In this document: one piece after another, positions 59,985-64,000 of the stretch | How the letters are laid out: each line of letters begins with the position of its first letter | Position numbering within the stretch: position 1 is the stretch's first letter | Assembly: GCA_963707025.1 (NCBI GenBank) | Contig: CAVPOM010000006.1 | Span: forward strand, 672,001-736,000 | Direction: 5' to 3' | Length of the DNA stretch: 64,000 nt | Source of the DNA: an uncultured Verrucomicrobiae bacterium | Lineage (GTDB): Bacteria > Verrucomicrobiota > Verrucomicrobiia > Limisphaerales > Palsa-1400 | Notes under the pieces: model-generated | Told to the model about the DNA's origin: nothing | Seen by the model: the letters and a program-made list of their open reading frames with translations, nothing else | The model's database searches: none | Translations under genes and position numbers: made by a program

Positions 59985-60560
59985 GCATTCGATTGATTGT
60001 AACCCTGGCCGGGGCCTGTTATGCGGGCTGCCTCACGGCTTGCCGGGAGGGGCGGCGGCTGGTCAAGGACATGCTGCCCCGCCTGAAGGAGGCTCGGGAG
60101 GCGGCCGCCCATGCGCGGCGGCGGGCGGGCCTCGGCGGTGTCAAATCTAAATTTGAACGGTCCGGCTGCGCCGGGAAAATGGAGTATTGGCCGGTGGTCT
60201 GGGGCGCCGTCATCATGGGGGCGGCCGGCCTGATGATCTGGTCCAAAAGCCAGGGTGACCCAGTTTCTGCCCCGACGGGCGGTGGATGTGGCGGCGACCA
60301 ATCACTATTACGAGGCAATCCTGGCTTGCCTGGCCATTTTAGTATGGCATCTTTGTCACGTCATCTTTGATCCGGACGTCCATCCTTGGAACCGGGAGGT
60401 TCTAGACGGACGCGTCTCGCGGGAATGGCTGGAAGAGGAACACCGGTTGAACCGGGCCCTGGCCGGCGGCAAACCGGAAGCGGCCGCCCGCCGGGCGGCG
60501 GCGCCCAACGCGACCGCCCGCGCCGGCGAAGATGGAGGAACGAAACGTGCGCAGCTTTGA
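59985..60560 (+). pseudogene. Degenerate fragment of a second cytochrome-b (FdnI/CbcL-like) membrane domain
   Basis: KMEYWPVVWGAVIMG...W then, after a frame change near 60250, HYYEAILACLAILVWH...FDPDV...EEEH; no 5' half, several degenerate residues. Confidence 0.7.
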
Positions 60561-61491
60561 GAGCCTGAGCGAACGCGAGGTTCTTTCCCTGGCCATCGCG
60601 CTGGAGGAAGAGGACGCCAAGGTCTATGACAACTTCGCCGAAGGGTTGCGCGAAAGCTATCCGGCGCAGGCCGCCAAGTTCGATGAAATGCGCCGGGACG
60701 AGGACGGGCATCGCCACCGGCTGCTCGAACTTTTCCAAAGCCGTTTTGGCGGCCACCTTCCCTTGGTGCGGCGCGAGGACGTGCGCGGATTCATCAAGCG
60801 GCGCCCCATCTGGCTGGAACGGCCGCTCAGTTTGAAGGCGGCGCGAAAGCGGGCCGAATTGATGGAGTTGGAAACGGAACGCTTTTATGAGGTCTCGGCC
60901 CGCCGCGCGACCGATGCCGGCATCCGGCAATTGCTGGGGGATTTGGCGGCCGAGGAGCGCCATCACGCCCTGGCGGCGGAGGCGCTCGGTCAGACCCAGT
61001 TGAGCGACGCCGAAAGAGCCCATGAAAAACGGCGTTTTGCCTTGCAGGTCATCCAACCGGGCCTGGCCGGGCTGATGGACGGCTCGGTCTCAACCCTGGC
61101 TCCGTTGTTTGCCGCCAGATTTGCCACGGGCAACCATTGGGAAACTTTTCTGGTCGGTCTCGCCGCCAGCCTTGGGGCGGGCATCAGCATGGGGTTTGCC
61201 GAAGCGCTGTCAGACGACGGAACGCTCACCGGGCGCGGACATCCCTGGGCGCGCGGCTGGGTCTGCGGGGCCATGACCGCCGCGGGCGGATTGGGGCACA
61301 CACTGCCGTTTTTGATTCATGATATCAACTTTGCCACGGCCCTGGCGCTGGCGGTGGTCTGCGTGGAACTGGGGGTGATCGCCTGGATCCGCCACAAGTA
61401 CATGGACTCGCCGTGGACGGCCGCGACCCTTCAGGTCGTGCTCGGCGGCGTGCTGGTTTTTCTGGTGGGCATGCTCATCGGCAGCTCTTGA
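60532..61491 (+). CDS. mbfA: Erythrin-VIT1 iron exporter
   Basis: Rubrerythrin-like domain with E-x-x-H pairs (EDGH, EERH) plus QPGLAGLMDGSVSTLAP and GAGISMGFAEALSDDG. Confidence 0.92.
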   Translation: MEERNVRSFESLSEREVLSLAIALEEEDAKVYDNFAEGLRESYPAQAAKFDEMRRDEDGHRHRLLELFQSRFGGHLPLVRREDVRGFIKRRPIWLERPLSLKAARKRAELMELETERFYEVSARRATDAGIRQLLGDLAAEERHHALAAEALGQTQLSDAERAHEKRRFALQVIQPGLAGLMDGSVSTLAPLFAARFATGNHWETFLVGLAASLGAGISMGFAEALSDDGTLTGRGHPWARGWVCGAMTAAGGLGHTLPFLIHDINFATALALAVVCVELGVIAWIRHKYMDSPWTAATLQVVLGGVLVFLVGMLIGSS

Positions 61492-61526
61492 CAAACCGTT
61501 AACAACCGCAAACACACAGGAATATT

Positions 61527-62270
61527 ATGACTGACACACATGACCGCGAGGCCTGGGTCAAGGGGGGCGACGCCCTCTGCGCCGCCTTGCCGCCGCCACC
61601 ACCGCACATCTACCGTCTGATCCTGCTGGGCGCGCCGGGCGCCGGCAAGGGCACCCAGGCGGACTTGCTCGGCCAACGCCTCGGGGCGTGCCATCTTTCC
61701 ACCGGCGACGTTTTCCGCGCCGCCAAATCATTGCCCCGGGAGCAGCTCAGCCCGGCCATGCAAACCGCCATCATCTCCATGTCCCGGGGCGAACTGGTCC
61801 AGGACGAGACCGTGCTGGCCCTGGTCCGGGAGCGCTCGCGGTGCCTGCGGTGCCGGGGAGGGTTCTTGCTCGACGGGTTTCCCAGGACGGTCGTCCAAGC
61901 CGAGGCGCTGGACAACCTTTTGAAATGGGAGCGGCGCGCCCTCACCGCCGTTGTCAATTATGATTTGCCCACGGACGTTATCGTCGCCCGGTTGAGCGGG
62001 CGCCGCACCTGCCCGGGGTGCAAGGCCGTCTATCACGAGACGACCCGCCCGCCCAGGACGCCGGGCGTCTGCGACAACTGCGGGGGCAAATTGTATCAAC
62101 GGGAGGATGACCGGGCGGAATCGGTGCGGGTGCGGATGACGGCCTACCAGAAGAGCACCAAGCCGCTGGTAGACTTTTACGAGCGGCGCGGCCTGCTGGT
62201 GACGGTGGCGGCCTCGGGCACGCCGGACGAAATTTGCGAGCGGACCCTGGCCGCGCTGCACGCGCGGTGA
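61527..62270 (+). CDS. adk: Adenylate kinase with Zn-binding lid
   Basis: GAPGAGKGTQA, HLSTGDVFR, LDGFPRT, CPGC...CDNC, QREDD. Confidence 0.93.
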   Translation: MTDTHDREAWVKGGDALCAALPPPPPHIYRLILLGAPGAGKGTQADLLGQRLGACHLSTGDVFRAAKSLPREQLSPAMQTAIISMSRGELVQDETVLALVRERSRCLRCRGGFLLDGFPRTVVQAEALDNLLKWERRALTAVVNYDLPTDVIVARLSGRRTCPGCKAVYHETTRPPRTPGVCDNCGGKLYQREDDRAESVRVRMTAYQKSTKPLVDFYERRGLLVTVAASGTPDEICERTLAALHAR

Positions 62271-62394
62271 CGGCCTGCGCCGACCCATAGCTGGCTTTGT
62301 TCACGCAGTTGCCAATGTTTAATCGCATTCATATAATGCTGACAGAGGATTTAAGGCGGGAACACAAACAGGCGTCTTTCCTATAATCCGTGAC

Positions 62395-62505
62395 CTCTGC
62401 AAAACGCCTGTAGCGGCGGTCTATGACCGCCGCCATGCCGTTATTTCCCTTGGTTTGCGGCGGTCATAGACCGCCGCTACAATCGTGGACGCGCGTTTTG
62501 CAGAG
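62395..62505. repeat. REPIN-like nested inverted repeat (GTAG-type REP pair)
   Basis: Perfect 25-bp IR 62409-62433/62457-62481, each arm itself a hairpin, inside a 13-bp IR 62395-62407/62493-62505. Confidence 0.85.
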
Positions 62506-62571
62506 ATCTCAATTGGTAATTCGTGAATGTGAATCAATTACTCACGGTCTGCAGAATATAAAGGATGCGGG

Positions 62572-63177
62572 TTAATGATTCGGGTCCGCGTCGCCCAGGC
62601 CCAGCCCGGCCAGGGATTTTCGCAGCGCATGGCGCGCGCGGTAAATCCGCACCTCCACGGCCTTGGGTGTGCAATGCAGAATCCCGGCAATTTCCGCTTG
62701 CGCCAGATTCTCGTACTCGAACAGCACTAGCGCCGCGCGCAAATCCTCCGGCAGCGCCTGCACCGCCGCCCGCACTTGGGCGGCCCGTTCGCCCGCCTGC
62801 AATACTTCCCCCGGCAGCGGAGCATGGTCCGGCATCATTTCCAGGCCGCCGCCGCCCGCCCTCTCTCCTTCGGGCAGCGCAACCTCGGGATGCCGGGCCT
62901 GGCGGCGGTGGCAATCGCGCGCCAGATTGGTCGCGATGGCATAAAGCCAGGTGGTGAATTTCGCGCCGGAACGGAATTTTGCGCGATGACGATAAACCCG
63001 CACGAAGGCTTCCTGCGCGCAATCCTCGGCGTCGGATTGGTTGGATAATTGCCTGAGAAGATAGTGAAACAAGCGCTGGCCGTGGCGCTCCATCAAATCG
63101 TTGAGGGCCGCGTCCTGCCCGCCCGCCAAACGTTCCATGTCTTGCCGGTCTTGTTCATCATGCCCAGGGTCGCTCAT
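62572..63177 (-). CDS. ECF sigma-70 factor
   Basis: DAEDCAQEAF, FTTWLYAIATN, EIAGIL...VEVRIYRAR. Confidence 0.92.
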   Translation of the reverse strand: MSDPGHDEQDRQDMERLAGGQDAALNDLMERHGQRLFHYLLRQLSNQSDAEDCAQEAFVRVYRHRAKFRSGAKFTTWLYAIATNLARDCHRRQARHPEVALPEGERAGGGGLEMMPDHAPLPGEVLQAGERAAQVRAAVQALPEDLRAALVLFEYENLAQAEIAGILHCTPKAVEVRIYRARHALRKSLAGLGLGDADPNH

Positions 63178-63668
63178 TGCATCTGGTGCAGTTCATGGCC
63201 GGCGGCGTTCGACGGACTGCCGCCGCCGCCGAGCGTCCGGTCCTGAATCCAATCCAGATAGCGCCGGCCCTCCTCGGGCGGCATGGCGCGGCTGACCTCA
63301 TAAAAATGTTCCAGCATGTTTTCCTGGCATTGCGCGCGCAGTTGCGCGATCTCCGCCAACTTGTTCTCGATCTCCGGCGTCACGTTGTTGGTCCTGGCCA
63401 GCAGCGCCCGCAATTCCTCGTTCCGGGCGGCGATGCGCCCGCACATTTCCCGGCACTTGGGCAGGTAGCCCGCGTGCAGGTCGCTGATGCGCTGGAACTC
63501 GGCGTCGCCGAGCTTGAATTCCTGTTTCAACCACGACAATTCCGGCGTCCCGGCGCGGCGCGCCGCGCGGGTGGGGGCCGTGGCGGAGAGATAGAGGGCG
63601 CAATAGGCCAGCGCCGCCGCCACGATTCCGCAACAGAGAATGGTCAGGCCGCGTCTCATCTCAGTCAT
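63174..63668 (-). CDS. Periplasmic heavy-metal sensor (CnrX/Spy-like)
   Basis: N-terminal TM, WLKQEFKL, H...CREMC, helical hairpin, HFYEV...MPPE. Confidence 0.7.
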   Translation of the reverse strand: MTEMRRGLTILCCGIVAAALAYCALYLSATAPTRAARRAGTPELSWLKQEFKLGDAEFQRISDLHAGYLPKCREMCGRIAARNEELRALLARTNNVTPEIENKLAEIAQLRAQCQENMLEHFYEVSRAMPPEEGRRYLDWIQDRTLGGGGSPSNAAGHELHQMQ

Positions 63669-63990
63669 GGTTCTGGTAATAAGGATCAACGGACTGAACA
63701 TACCGGGCCGCCAGTTGGGCGTTCCCGCGCTGCTCACGCGCCTGGCCGCTGGCGTAGCCGGCGATCAACCCGGCGGCCAGCAGCACGGTGACGTAAGCCA
63801 GAGCCACCGCCTTTCTGGCGAAGATGCTTTCCATCCATCCTTGCAAAAATTCCCACGCGCTGGCTTTTCCCGCCGCCTCGGTCTGCTCGATGCGGCGCCA
63901 GACTTGTTCCTTAAAACGCGGCGGCAGCGGCTCGGCGATTCTCCATTGCCTGAGCCATGCGCGCAGAGGGTCATTTTCCGGGGACTTCAT
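63661..63990 (-). CDS. Probable single-TM anti-sigma factor (CnrY-like position)
   Basis: LRQW...PPRFKEQVWRRI, TM helix, YVQSVDP; first gene before the sensor and sigma factor. Confidence 0.6.
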   Translation of the reverse strand: MKSPENDPLRAWLRQWRIAEPLPPRFKEQVWRRIEQTEAAGKASAWEFLQGWMESIFARKAVALAYVTVLLAAGLIAGYASGQAREQRGNAQLAARYVQSVDPYYQNHD

Positions 63991-64000
63991 AGGTGTTGGG

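Overview
GC-rich bacterial window; gene content and repeat style suggest a Verrucomicrobiota (Pedosphaera/Limisphaerales-like) organism, which is an inference. From left to right: (1) 1-5.7 kb, two-component signalling genes; (2) 6-12.4 kb, a secreted protein, a DUF1559-type prepilin-like protein, a glycoside-hydrolase remnant, algI/algJ-like O-acetylation genes and a truncated dtd; (3) 12.5-20.1 kb, a REP-flanked candidate defence island with a type IIG-like restriction-methyltransferase fusion translationally coupled to a PLD-nuclease/SNF2-helicase fusion; (4) 20.1-36.2 kb (minus strand), an operon feoA-nuoABCDIHJKLMMN-PFOR, i.e. a NuoEFG-less '2M' complex I with an extended NuoL helix, coupled to pyruvate:ferredoxin oxidoreductase; (5) 36.4-60.6 kb, divergently, hemA plus a multiheme-cytochrome locus (54 heme-binding motifs counted by eye) resembling a complete extracellular electron transfer conduit: two secreted nonaheme cytochromes, an MtrA/MtrB-like pair, two monoheme cytochromes, two cytochrome-NrfC-NrfD modules, and ImcH-like and CbcL-like inner-membrane cytochromes; (6) mbfA, adk, a REPIN and an ECF sigma/anti-sigma/metal-sensor trio. 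The most unusual details are a cyclic-nucleotide-binding domain inserted into one NrfD subunit, a ~120-aa domain inserted twice in frame into a tetraheme cytochrome, and a shared TGTC-N8-(G/C/T)(A/G)CA motif upstream of four respiratory transcription units. Three cytochrome-locus genes carry single +1 frameshifts that may be sequencing errors.
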